A DNA stretch of 53,878 nt from an uncultured Clostridia bacterium (GTDB lineage Bacteria > Bacillota > Clostridia > Oscillospirales > CAG-272): contig CANRVI010000001.1 in the NCBI GenBank assembly GCA_947643245.1, forward strand, positions 1 through 53,878. Direction: 5' to 3'. The position numbers were made by a program, and so were the translations under genes. Position 1 is the stretch's first letter; each line of letters opens with the position of its first letter. Under the pieces are notes generated by a model. That model did no database searches. It had not been told where the DNA came from and worked only from the letters and a program-made list of their open reading frames with translations. Shown in pieces: positions 27,615 to 37,224 of the stretch.

Positions 27615-28694
27615 ATGCAAATAAAAAAACGTATTTCTCTGCTATCTGCGCTGGTACTGCTGCTATCTGCTTTTGGGGGGTGCAGCAGCCAAACCGCCGA
27701 CGAAAAGGGTGCGGAGATGAATCGGTATTCCCGCACTTCTTTTGATTTATTTGATACGGTAACAGTACTTACTGGATTTGATGTGTCCAAAGAAGTCTTT
27801 GACGAAAAGGCGGATCAGCTTCTGCAGATTTTAGAGCAGTATCACCAGCTATATGATATTTATCATGATTATGATGGAATCAACAATTTAAAAACAATAA
27901 ACGACAATGCAGGCTTGCAGCCTGTATCTGTGGATGAACGTATTATCGACCTGCTGGAATACAGCGTTGAGATGTATAGCCTGACCCAGGGGATGACCAA
28001 TATTGCTATGGGGGGCGTGCTTTCCGTATGGCATACATACAGGGAAGCGGGAGCGGACGATCCAAAGGCCGCGGCTTTGCCGGAGCGTGCGGAACTGGAA
28101 GCCGCAGCCCAGCATATGGATATTTCCTCTATTGTTATTGACCGTAAAGCGGGAACGGTGTATTTGCCGGATGCGCAGATGCGGCTGGACGTGGGAGCGA
28201 TTGCCAAAGGATATGCCACAGAAATGGCTGCCAAGTCTGCACAGGAAATGGGCTGGAAGCATTTGGCCTTTAGCGTTGGAGGCAATGTGCGCACGATTGG
28301 AACAAAAGCTGACGGATCCCCCTGGACTGCAGGCATTCAAAACCCTGACCTTGGAGCGCAGGACGCCTCTGTTTGTCGTGTTGCCTTGACGGATTTATCG
28401 CTGGTGACCAGCGGGTCTTATCAGCGATATTATACTGTAGATGGAGTGCGGTATCATCATATTATCCACCCGGAGACGCTAAGGCCGGAAAACTACTTTG
28501 TTTCCGTGTCTGTTATCTGCAAAGATGGGGGCATGGCGGACGCCCTTTCCACAGCTGCGTTTAATATGTCCTATGATCAGGGCAGAGCGCTGATAGAAGA
28601 ATTGGACGGTGTAGAAGCAGCCTGGATTGATGCGGAGGGGACAATTCTCTATACGGACGGGTTTGCCGCGCTTCTTATAGAGGAAGAAACGTAA
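27615..28694 (+). CDS. apbE: FAD:protein FMN transferase (ApbE/FmnB-like) lipoprotein
   Basis: Lipobox SAFGGC|SSQ plus ApbE motifs FDLFDT, GAIAKGYA, TSGSYQRY, HHIIHPETL and MADALSTA. Confidence 0.92.
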   Translation: MQIKKRISLLSALVLLLSAFGGCSSQTADEKGAEMNRYSRTSFDLFDTVTVLTGFDVSKEVFDEKADQLLQILEQYHQLYDIYHDYDGINNLKTINDNAGLQPVSVDERIIDLLEYSVEMYSLTQGMTNIAMGGVLSVWHTYREAGADDPKAAALPERAELEAAAQHMDISSIVIDRKAGTVYLPDAQMRLDVGAIAKGYATEMAAKSAQEMGWKHLAFSVGGNVRTIGTKADGSPWTAGIQNPDLGAQDASVCRVALTDLSLVTSGSYQRYYTVDGVRYHHIIHPETLRPENYFVSVSVICKDGGMADALSTAAFNMSYDQGRALIEELDGVEAAWIDAEGTILYTDGFAALLIEEET

Positions 28695-28758
28695 AAACAT
28701 TTGTTACTACAGCTCATGGATTGTCTTTCCTTCTTTATGCACAACGACAAAGTCACAT

Positions 28759-28792
28759 AAAAAAACCTGCAGGCTATCCTGCAGGTTTTTTT
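28759..28792. terminator. bidirectional terminator between apbE and ispH/S1
   Basis: AAAAAAACCTGCAGG-ctat-CCTGCAGGTTTTTTT. Confidence 0.85.
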
Positions 28793-28808
28793 ATGTGCGA
28801 TTTAGTAT

Positions 28809-30875
28809 TTATTCAGCGTCAACATCAGCAAAGCTTTGAGGATTGTCGGTGGAATATACCACTGCACTCTCTTCCAAGTCTGCTGCGCTGCCCTGTTCTT
28901 CCGCTTCTTTTTTCTCCTCGATGAGCGCACGCATAGAAAGGCTGATTTTCCGGTTCTCGTCATCGATGGCAATTACTTTCGCATCCACAATATCGCCAAC
29001 CTTCAACACTTCTGCTGGGGTTTCGATTTTGTGATCTGCAATCTGGCTGATATGAATCAGTCCGTCAGCACCGGGAACCACTTCTGCAAATGCACCAAAG
29101 GGCATCAGAGAAACAATTTTTACGCTGGCAGTGTCGCCTACGTTGTATTTCTGATTGAAAATAAACCAGGGATCAGTGTCTTCTGTCTTATATCCAAGAG
29201 AGATTCTGCCTTTTTCCCGATCCAATGCCTTAACATACACTTTAATTACATCGCCTTGAGAAACAATCTCAGAAGGATGACGGATCCGTCTCCAGGACAG
29301 TTCGCTTGTATGTACCATACCGTCTACGCCGCCTAAGTCTACGAATGCACCATAGCTGGTCAGGCTCTTTACAGGGCCCTCGTAAATCTGTCCGACTTCC
29401 ACCTGATTCCAGAATGCCTCTTCTTTTTCCCGTCTTTCTTCAGCAAGCACGGCGCGAATAGAAGCAAATGCACGCTTTCTGTCTTCTTTAATTTCGATAA
29501 TTTTTACTTTCTGCATGGTACCTACCAATGCCTGCAGCGCATCGGGGCCTGCATTCTTGGGAACACCGGAAAGGGAAGCAGGGATGAATACACGAACAGA
29601 TTGAATGGAAATGATCAGACCGCCCTTTACACAGTCAACGATTTTTCCTTCAACAATTTCTCCGGATTCATATTTAGCTACAATCTCATGCCAGTTCTGC
29701 TCAGAATCCACTTTTAATTTGTCAAGGGTAGCAATTCCCTCGATGTCGCTGATTTTAATAACCTTTGCACGAACCTCGTCCCCAATCTTGAACATTTCAT
29801 CCAGTTTTGCAGACGGATCGTCGGTCAGCTTGTCATGTACAATCACGCCGGTCGTTTTTGTACCCAGATCCAGTGTGATCTCGTTCTGGGATACGGATGT
29901 AACGACACCGACGACAATATCTCCCGGATTCAATGTTTTCATGGTCTGCTCGAGCATTTCAGCAAAATTTTCCATTTGCTCACTCATTGTTTGTTTAACC
30001 TCCTGTATTACACTGAACGGCGTCGAGGCGCCGGCAGTAATAGATATGATGTTACAGCGGGGGGGAATGACCAAATCCCCGATTGAATCTGCATTTTCAC
30101 ATAGATATGTATCGTGGCAGCGCTTTTTGCAGATTTCATAAAGCTTGACCGTATTGGAACTGCCCCGGCTTCCAATGACGATAACTGCATCAGAGGAATC
30201 GGCAAGCTGCTCGGCTTCCGTCTGCCTTTCTTCCGTAACATTACATATTGTATCAAAAATCAAAGCATTTGTATATACTTTTTTGATAATTTTCAAACAT
30301 TTTTTCCACTCCGACAAATTTTGCGTTGTCTGCGCGGCCACACTAACCTGGAAACCCCTGTATTTTTCAGCCCCACGGGAATGGATCCATTCTTCCAAAA
30401 GAGCGGCGCTGGAAAAAACCAGTCCCTCGCCTGTGCAGCAGCTCATGATTCCCTGCACTTCGGGGTGATCCGCCGCGCCGATTAAAATAAAAAGTTTTTT
30501 CGCGCCGCTGTATTCTGCGGCAATTCTGCGCACCTTCGTAACATAGGGGCAGGTGCAGTCCAGTATGGTAAGGTTTTTATGTTCTGCTGCACAGGTAAGA
30601 AGCAGGGACAGAATTTCCTGCATCTCACCATGGGCGCGAATAATCACTATGATCTTTTCTCCAGACTGCGCTCGGCGGCAGATATCGTGGACATCCTCTC
30701 TGCCGATTTCTTCCATGCCGCGTCGGCGAAGTGCGGCTATATACCCGTCGTTATGTATGAGGCGTCCAAGCGTATATATGGCGCCGTCTTCCTGTTTCAG
30801 AGCGTCTTCCGCCACCTGGGTGGCCCGGCGGACGCCAAAGCAGAAACCGGCGTGCTTTGCAACTTGTATCTTCAT
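28809..30875 (-). CDS. ispH: bifunctional 4-hydroxy-3-methylbut-2-enyl diphosphate reductase IspH / ribosomal protein S1-domain fusion
   Basis: The N-terminal half is IspH (MKIQVAKHAGFCFGVRRA, conserved Cys residues). The C-terminal half has four S1 OB repeats (GDIVVGVV.., GEIVEGKI.., GQIYEGPV.., GDTASVKI..). The ATG at 30875 overlaps the plsC stop (ATGA). Confidence 0.92.
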   Translation of the reverse strand: MKIQVAKHAGFCFGVRRATQVAEDALKQEDGAIYTLGRLIHNDGYIAALRRRGMEEIGREDVHDICRRAQSGEKIIVIIRAHGEMQEILSLLLTCAAEHKNLTILDCTCPYVTKVRRIAAEYSGAKKLFILIGAADHPEVQGIMSCCTGEGLVFSSAALLEEWIHSRGAEKYRGFQVSVAAQTTQNLSEWKKCLKIIKKVYTNALIFDTICNVTEERQTEAEQLADSSDAVIVIGSRGSSNTVKLYEICKKRCHDTYLCENADSIGDLVIPPRCNIISITAGASTPFSVIQEVKQTMSEQMENFAEMLEQTMKTLNPGDIVVGVVTSVSQNEITLDLGTKTTGVIVHDKLTDDPSAKLDEMFKIGDEVRAKVIKISDIEGIATLDKLKVDSEQNWHEIVAKYESGEIVEGKIVDCVKGGLIISIQSVRVFIPASLSGVPKNAGPDALQALVGTMQKVKIIEIKEDRKRAFASIRAVLAEERREKEEAFWNQVEVGQIYEGPVKSLTSYGAFVDLGGVDGMVHTSELSWRRIRHPSEIVSQGDVIKVYVKALDREKGRISLGYKTEDTDPWFIFNQKYNVGDTASVKIVSLMPFGAFAEVVPGADGLIHISQIADHKIETPAEVLKVGDIVDAKVIAIDDENRKISLSMRALIEEKKEAEEQGSAADLEESAVVYSTDNPQSFADVDAE

Positions 30876-31483
30876 GACTCTGCCGCCTCGGTATCCAGGG
30901 CGCACACCGCTGCAAAAATTTTTTCTGTGGCAGCTTTATACTCCTGCATCCCACCTTTTTCAAAGGATAAATCCGCATATGGAATCGGCGAGCCCACCAG
31001 CAAATGGGTTTTATGAAAAAAGCGAGCTTTGTTTTTCTTTGTTTTAATATATACCGGCACCACATCACATTTGGCATGATAGGCGATCATTCCCACACCA
31101 TGCTTAACAGCCGTAGTTTTAGGATCCACACCTGGCTGGCGAGTACCTTGTGGGAAAATGCCAATAAGCTGTCCTTCTTCCAACAGGCGAATCGTTTTGC
31201 GGATAGAAGCCACATCGGCGCCGCCCCGGTCTATGGAATACGCCCCCAGCGCGGCGATCAGCGAACCAAGAACGGGAATTTTAAACAGTTCTTTTTTGGC
31301 CATATACCGCACCTGCCGGTTCAGTCCTGCAGAAATGATAAGCACATCCAGCAAGCTGGTGTGATTGGCGCATAAAATGCAACCCCGATCCTGTGGAAGG
31401 TTTTTCGTTCCTGTCACCTGTACACGGAAAAGGGCCCGCAGGGGCCGGGCTAATAGATTATAAATGTTTTGATAAAAGGACAT
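30872..31483 (-). CDS. plsC: 1-acyl-sn-glycerol-3-phosphate acyltransferase (PlsC family)
   Basis: HX4D motif CANHTSLLD and FPQGTR motif (IFPQGTRQ). Confidence 0.88.
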   Translation of the reverse strand: MSFYQNIYNLLARPLRALFRVQVTGTKNLPQDRGCILCANHTSLLDVLIISAGLNRQVRYMAKKELFKIPVLGSLIAALGAYSIDRGGADVASIRKTIRLLEEGQLIGIFPQGTRQPGVDPKTTAVKHGVGMIAYHAKCDVVPVYIKTKKNKARFFHKTHLLVGSPIPYADLSFEKGGMQEYKAATEKIFAAVCALDTEAAES

Positions 31484-31504
31484 GATAATCCCTCCATGGG
31501 CAGC

Positions 31505-32188
31505 TTACCGCAGGCGGCGCAGCTTTTCCCTAATAATCTCCAGCGCTTTTGAAAGCGTCTGGGCTTCATCCAATTGAGAGTTATCGATAAAAATAGCATC
31601 CTCTGCCGGTACGGCGGGAGCAACATCTCTGCTGCTGTCTGCCTTATCCCGCTGCACTACGGCAGCCAAAACCTCTTCCTCCGTAACGTGTTCTCCTTTA
31701 GCCTGCAGTTCCAGAAATCTGCGATGCGCCCGCTTGGCGGGTGAAGCCTCTAAGAAGAGCTTTACATCTGCGTCCGGCATAATCACCGTGCCGATATCCC
31801 GGCCATCCATGACAACATTGCCTTCCCCAGCCATTCTCTTTTGCATTTCCAAGAGAAATTTACGTACAGAAGGAATCGCGGAAACGGCGGTGGCGTATGC
31901 TGTAACCTCTGATGTGCGGATCAGCCCGGATACGTCCTCTCCATTTAGGATGACCCGCTGGCCCTCCTCTGTGTACCGCAGGCCCAGCTGTATTTGGGGG
32001 AGTAGGGCGGCAATTTGAGATCCTACGGCGGGATCTGCGCCAGCGCGCTTGACATATAGTCCTACCGCCCGGTACAGAGCGCCTGTATCGACATATACGA
32101 GCCCCAGCTCATGAGAAATTTTTTTTGCCAGCGTACTTTTCCCGCTGCCACTGGGGCCGTCGATTGCGATTCTAATTTTTTGATTCAT
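31505..32188 (-). CDS. cmk: cytidylate kinase
   Basis: IRIAIDGPSGSGKST P-loop and DTGALYRA. GGAG is 7 nt upstream of the ATG at 32188 (the ORF opens at 32200). Confidence 0.93.
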   Translation of the reverse strand: MNQKIRIAIDGPSGSGKSTLAKKISHELGLVYVDTGALYRAVGLYVKRAGADPAVGSQIAALLPQIQLGLRYTEEGQRVILNGEDVSGLIRTSEVTAYATAVSAIPSVRKFLLEMQKRMAGEGNVVMDGRDIGTVIMPDADVKLFLEASPAKRAHRRFLELQAKGEHVTEEEVLAAVVQRDKADSSRDVAPAVPAEDAIFIDNSQLDEAQTLSKALEIIREKLRRLR

Positions 32189-32206
32189 ATAGAACTCCAT
32201 CTAACT

Positions 32207-33451
32207 TCAGATAAAATTTTCTGCATTATTGATATACTCGGCAGCGCCTAGTCCTGCCAGGTGCCCGGTCGACCAGGCAATCTGCAGGTTGTATCCGCCG
32301 GTGTATGCGTCCAGATCCAGCACTTCGCCGGCAAAAAACAATCCTGGAACTTGTTTGGCCATCATGGTTTTGGGGTCGATTTCCCGCACGTCCACACCAC
32401 CGCAGGTGACGATGGCCTCGTCCACAGGGCGAAAGGATGTAGGGGTCAGGGTAAAATTTTTTAACACCGAAAGAAGCCTTGCCCGCATTTCTTTCGTTAT
32501 GGCGCCGGTTTTCATGCGGGGCGGGATTCCACTCCGTTCTACAATGGCTGGGATCAGAACCCGCGGCAGCAGATCTCCTAGGGAATTGATAAAGTCTCTG
32601 GCTGCATATTTCTGAATATCGCTCAGAAGCCGGGCATCCAGTTCTTTTTCAGATAATGCGGGCTTTAGATCAATAGATATGCAATATTTCGTAATGTCCT
32701 CCGCCTGCATATGGGCAGAGGCGGACAACACCAACGGACCGCTGACACCAAAATGGGTGAAGAGCATTTCACCCTGCTGCGCAAATACCTCTTTTTGTCC
32801 ACACACTACAGTGAGCCGTACATTTTTTAGAGAAAGACCCATCCAGTCCTGTGTTGGTTCGCGGCATTCGATGGGGACTAGGGAACCGGAAAGCGGTGTT
32901 ACGCGCAGTCCTGCCTGTCGGGCCATTCGATGTCCGTCCCCTTTGGATCCGGTGGCTGGGTAGGAGATTCCGCCGGTGGCGATGATTACAGCCTGGTGAA
33001 GATGGTCTCCATTATGGGTATGCACCCCGCGCACATGATTTTCTGTATCATACAGTATGCTTTGTACCTGCTCCCGTATGACGGGACATTGGAGATGCCG
33101 CTCCAATGCGGTGCAAATGTCCGCCGCCCGGTCAGATACAGGAAAGACGCGTCTGCCCCGCTCTGTTTTAAGGGGCACGCCACACGCCTCAAAAAATTCT
33201 ATTACATCGGAGGGAGAAAAGCGATACAGGGCGCTATATAAAAATTTTTGATTTCGGGTCACATTTTCCAGTACCTGTGCGGGAGAACAGTCGTTGGTTA
33301 CATTGCAACGGCCTTTGCCGGTAATCCGCAACTTTTTGCCGCAGGACGTATTCTGCTCATACAAAACCGCCTGGTTTCCAGCCTGTGATACTGCGCAGGC
33401 GGCCATCATTCCGGCAGGGCCGCCGCCTATTATGGCGATTGTTTGCCTCAT
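32207..33451 (-). CDS. NAD(P)/FAD-dependent oxidoreductase, HI0933/BaiN-like family
   Basis: IAIIGGGPAGMMAA dinucleotide motif, GKKLRITGKGRCNVTN, and C-terminal FFAGEVLDLDAYTGGYNLQIAWSTG. Confidence 0.85.
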   Translation of the reverse strand: MRQTIAIIGGGPAGMMAACAVSQAGNQAVLYEQNTSCGKKLRITGKGRCNVTNDCSPAQVLENVTRNQKFLYSALYRFSPSDVIEFFEACGVPLKTERGRRVFPVSDRAADICTALERHLQCPVIREQVQSILYDTENHVRGVHTHNGDHLHQAVIIATGGISYPATGSKGDGHRMARQAGLRVTPLSGSLVPIECREPTQDWMGLSLKNVRLTVVCGQKEVFAQQGEMLFTHFGVSGPLVLSASAHMQAEDITKYCISIDLKPALSEKELDARLLSDIQKYAARDFINSLGDLLPRVLIPAIVERSGIPPRMKTGAITKEMRARLLSVLKNFTLTPTSFRPVDEAIVTCGGVDVREIDPKTMMAKQVPGLFFAGEVLDLDAYTGGYNLQIAWSTGHLAGLGAAEYINNAENFI

Positions 33452-34329
33452 TTTGCATCCTCTTTGCCGGCGCCGCGCTTCTCATATACATTGTATTCGT
33501 CCCACACCGCTTCCAAATGGGCCAATGTGTCAGACACCATTTCCTGCCGTTTCATGCCGATAGCAGCCAAAATAGCATTTACAATAGACAGCGGTGCCAC
33601 CAGAGAATCTGCAAAAGAGGCCATGTCGCTTTTGGCACACAACGTGGCGTAAGCGTTTTTGGCGATGGGAGCTTGTAGACTGTCGGTGATAGCGATGACT
33701 CGCGCACCGCTGAGCTTTGCAAAGTCTACGGCATTGATGATTCGACTGGAGTAACGGGGAAAGCTGAACGCGATTATAGTGTCGCCTTCTTCTATTTTCA
33801 TCAGCTGCTCAAAAACTTCGCTGCTGCCTGTATTGCGCAGCAGGTGGACATTGGGGAAGATAAGACTTAAATTATAATCTAAAAATTCTGCCAAAGAGAA
33901 GGAAGACCGCATACCGATAATATAAATTTTCCCGGCGGATAAAATAGCGTCCACTGCATCGTCAAAGGCATGCCTATCTATATTTTCTAGTGTTGTCCGA
34001 ATCCGGTCCGCATCAGCGGACAGTACTGCCTCCAGCACCCCTGCTTCCCGAAATCTGGCATTGGCTACTTCCATACGCTGTACGCTGGTAAGACGTTTCC
34101 CAAGCGTATCTTGCATGGCTCGGTGCAGACCAGGATATCCGTCAAAGCCCAATTCGATAGCAAAGCGTACCACGGTGGACTCAGAGACATCCGCATGCAT
34201 GCCAAGGCGGGAGGCCGTCATATAGGCTGCCTGCTCGCAGTGCTCGATAATAAAAGCGGCAATCCGCTTTTGTCCTTTAGACATGCCAGGCAATGCCTTT
34301 TCTATTGTCTCAATCAGATCAAATGCCAT
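33448..34329 (-). CDS. MurR/RpiR family transcriptional regulator
   Basis: N-terminal HTH_6 region (SKGQKRIAAFIIEHCEQAAYMTASRLGMHADVSESTVVRFA) plus a SIS domain. It overlaps the next gene by 4 nt. Confidence 0.88.
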   Translation of the reverse strand: MAFDLIETIEKALPGMSKGQKRIAAFIIEHCEQAAYMTASRLGMHADVSESTVVRFAIELGFDGYPGLHRAMQDTLGKRLTSVQRMEVANARFREAGVLEAVLSADADRIRTTLENIDRHAFDDAVDAILSAGKIYIIGMRSSFSLAEFLDYNLSLIFPNVHLLRNTGSSEVFEQLMKIEEGDTIIAFSFPRYSSRIINAVDFAKLSGARVIAITDSLQAPIAKNAYATLCAKSDMASFADSLVAPLSIVNAILAAIGMKRQEMVSDTLAHLEAVWDEYNVYEKRGAGKEDAK

Positions 34330-34490
34330 ACCGGATCCCTTTCCTAATACGCAGCGGCTGCGTCTTTTATCTTTAATATGGACAATTACCTAATGTATCA
34401 TTATAGCTGACAAGTGCTGAATTGTCAAGAGAGCAGGGCCGTATTGCAAGTGACAGAAATCTTATCCAAAGCAGAGAAACATCCAAAAGA

Positions 34491-34519
34491 TTGACAAGCC
34501 CTGCAAATCCTTGTATAAT
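34491..34519 (+). promoter_or_regulatory. consensus sigma-A promoter for the 850-aa surface protein gene
   Basis: TTGACA (34491-34496), 17 nt spacer, TATAAT (34514-34519). Confidence 0.7.
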
Positions 34520-34586
34520 ATCTTAATATGATAGCACCTAAAGTATTTCTCATATATTTTATTTTAGGAAAGGCACCTCTTTTATC

Positions 34587-37139
34587 ATGAAAAAATTTGC
34601 AATCTTTATTGTATTGCTACTTATATTAACCAGCGTTCTTCCTATAATTGCTGCAGCAGCTGCACTGGAGAGAACAGAGGCGTTCGTACCCCAGTCCCAA
34701 GTATATTTGGGGCATCCAGGTTTTGCGCCTCTTGCTGTTCTTGCGGACGGCTCTTTTCTTGTGGGGGAGAATACCATACATTTTGGCCATACTACTAAAA
34801 TCGCACAGATTCACCGGAGCGAGCCATATCCATCAACCGTTCATACGTTTTCTGACGGACAGCTTCTCTACAGTGTGCAGTTGTTTGTCGGCCCTGTTTC
34901 TTTGGAGGGCACTCAGCTCCTGGTATTATATGCTCGCCTCACAGTTGAGAATATTACAGAAAAAGATGTACCCTTTCCTGCCGTATCAAATCGCCTCGTT
35001 CCTTTGAATGAGATACCCAGCATGGTTTTCCCGGGAAATAAAGCTGTTTGCGACTATGCGATTGTGGTAGAAGAAGGGGAATCGCTGCCATCGGTGAACC
35101 TGGAGCAGCTTGGCACATTTGATGACAATATAAAAGCAATGGAAGCGTATTGGAATACACAGCTTGCTGGAAGTTTCTCTTTTACAGAGATGCCGGAGGA
35201 AGCGGGGAAATTGGCTGTTGCTCTTAACACTGGATATGTGGATCTGCTTTGCGGGATTCAGGGGGACGGATGCGGAGCGTATGCACCCCTGCTGCACAAG
35301 TCACCCGCAGATGTATCTTGTATGACTTGCTATGATGCGGCGCTTTACTTTATGAAAACAGGAGACACCGACTTTCTCGAGTCCAAGTGGGCGGATTTAC
35401 AAAGCCGATACATGACGCTTTGCAGCCAAATGGAAATGTATACGTTTACAGCAGCGGGGCAGGAGGAGACTGTCCACCTGCTGCCGGGTGCCGATGCAGG
35501 AGCGGCCTTGCATGATAATCTGGATGCACTTACCCAGTTGAAAGCCTTTGCATATTTGTGCCGTGTAAAGGAGCCTGAGAGAGAAGTGGACGTGCAGACG
35601 GTTTATCAAAAACTGCTTTCTTCTGTAGAAACAGTCATGCGCAATACTGTATCTTCCTGTACCTCTCACTGGTCCGTTACAAATTTGGAAGGGTCGCTTG
35701 ACGCGGGAGTTTTTTCTTTATCCTACGAACGCAGCGCGGCTGCCGCGGTGGAATGGTATAAGGGAGACAGTGTTTTTGCTGCTCCAGGGGGTGGCACATA
35801 TTTGAAACGTCTTGCCCGGCAGCAGCTTCCCTATACAGACCAGACGGCTTCTATCGATGCGGTGGTTTCCCAGCTGGAGGATGATACGCTTGTAATTGGG
35901 CAGGGAATCCCCGGTGAATGGCTTTTAGAGGGTGAGGTCCTTTCTTTTGAGAATTATCCGCTCCAGGGGGGCGGCAAATTGGATGGTACGATTACCAGCA
36001 AAGAGAATGAAATTCGGATCCGACTTTCTCCTTCCATGCCTACGGCGGCATCTTTGGAGTTTCCGGTATTGTTGAATAATATTGAATATGCCTCCTGCGG
36101 ATTTGATTCGGAGAATGGGATCGTCAGCGTTCCTGCTGGGATTACGGAGATTACAGTGCATCTGAAAAAAAGCGTGGGGGAGATTACAAGGGCATATCAG
36201 TATGAACGGGCACTGGAAGCAGCGATTGCCACTTATGAAGGGATACATTCGGAGGAGTATACCAAGTATTCAATTTCTTTATTTGAACCTGCGCTGAAAG
36301 ACGCAAAAGCAGCCCGTACCGGGCCGGCATCAGAGATGCACAAAGCTGCTGTCCGACTGGAAAAGGCGGGAAAAATGCTGTCCCGCACACAGTCTGCTTA
36401 TGTTCTGACGATGGGGGAGGCATCTGATCGACTGCCGGACATGCTGAAGGCAGACAAGATTTGCCAGACGTTTGCCGCCTCCGGAGCCGGCACACTGTCG
36501 GAAGTGCTGGTGACAGGTGCTTTTACAGATGGCATCACCGCTGCGGTATATAGTCTGCAAAAAGACGGGTATTCTCCGGGAGACTTGCTGGGAGAATCCA
36601 GAGGCGTGGACACAGATGAGGGGATCTCGTTTACGTTTTCTGTGGATTTGGAAGCTGACGCCGGATATTTGCTTGTTCTGTATACGGAAAAGGGACAGAT
36701 CTCATTGCCTGTATATCAAAAAATGCAGGATGCGCCGCTTTTGTATGGACAGAACGGACAAAGCACCATAGCATATGATCTCGCTTGCATCGGTGCGTCT
36801 ATACGTGTTACACAGGCTAATTTAAAGGATTTAGACACGTTTTTGGAGAAATGCATCAGTGCGGATATTTCTTCCTACACAAAAGAGTCTCGCAACCGTC
36901 TGGAGAAGGAAATGCAGGCGGCAAAGGAGCTTCTAACCACTGCGTCTGTATCAGAAGATCTTTACCAATCTGTTTACAACGATTTAAAGGACGCTTATGC
37001 AGCGCTTGCCACCTATCCTTCGGACGACCCGGTAGGACAGACGCCGCCGGCGCTGTATATCGTGCTTGGCATCGCTGTAATCCTGCTGATTATCGGTGGG
37101 GTGGGTGCAGTGGCGTCCTATAAAAAGCGAGAATGGTAA
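34587..37139 (+). CDS. large secreted, C-terminally anchored protein of unknown function (FIVAR-like helical segments near the C-terminus)
   Basis: Signal peptide MKKFAIFIVLLLILTSVLPIIAAAAA. C-terminal TM helix plus basic tail (LYIVLGIAVILLIIGGVGAVASYKKREW). Segments of the type YTKYSISLFEPALKDAKAA and YTKESRNRLEKEMQAAKELL. No catalytic motif was recognised by eye. Confidence 0.6.
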   Translation: MKKFAIFIVLLLILTSVLPIIAAAAALERTEAFVPQSQVYLGHPGFAPLAVLADGSFLVGENTIHFGHTTKIAQIHRSEPYPSTVHTFSDGQLLYSVQLFVGPVSLEGTQLLVLYARLTVENITEKDVPFPAVSNRLVPLNEIPSMVFPGNKAVCDYAIVVEEGESLPSVNLEQLGTFDDNIKAMEAYWNTQLAGSFSFTEMPEEAGKLAVALNTGYVDLLCGIQGDGCGAYAPLLHKSPADVSCMTCYDAALYFMKTGDTDFLESKWADLQSRYMTLCSQMEMYTFTAAGQEETVHLLPGADAGAALHDNLDALTQLKAFAYLCRVKEPEREVDVQTVYQKLLSSVETVMRNTVSSCTSHWSVTNLEGSLDAGVFSLSYERSAAAAVEWYKGDSVFAAPGGGTYLKRLARQQLPYTDQTASIDAVVSQLEDDTLVIGQGIPGEWLLEGEVLSFENYPLQGGGKLDGTITSKENEIRIRLSPSMPTAASLEFPVLLNNIEYASCGFDSENGIVSVPAGITEITVHLKKSVGEITRAYQYERALEAAIATYEGIHSEEYTKYSISLFEPALKDAKAARTGPASEMHKAAVRLEKAGKMLSRTQSAYVLTMGEASDRLPDMLKADKICQTFAASGAGTLSEVLVTGAFTDGITAAVYSLQKDGYSPGDLLGESRGVDTDEGISFTFSVDLEADAGYLLVLYTEKGQISLPVYQKMQDAPLLYGQNGQSTIAYDLACIGASIRVTQANLKDLDTFLEKCISADISSYTKESRNRLEKEMQAAKELLTTASVSEDLYQSVYNDLKDAYAALATYPSDDPVGQTPPALYIVLGIAVILLIIGGVGAVASYKKREW

Positions 37140-37146
37140 TGAAAAT

Positions 37147-37176
37147 AAAAAAGAGGGGATTTCCCCTCTTTTTTAT
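37147..37176. terminator. bidirectional terminator between convergent genes
   Basis: AAAAAAGAGGGGA-tt-TCCCCTCTTTTTTATTTT. Confidence 0.8.
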
Positions 37177-37224
37177 TTTGTTAAATGTAGGGTCGTACTC
37201 TCAGGCATTAGTAGTGACAGGGCA

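Noticed and set aside
26663-27790. 375-aa minus-strand ORF antisense to the PplA-like lipoprotein. Similar long shadow ORFs occur at 20102-21253, 16147-16908, 41288-42139, 42223-43182, 48209-48892 and 49615-50352.
   Set aside because: All lie antisense to genes with clear family signatures. They have Cys/Ser/Leu/Arg-rich composition, lack an RBS and span gene boundaries. They are artefacts of codon bias.
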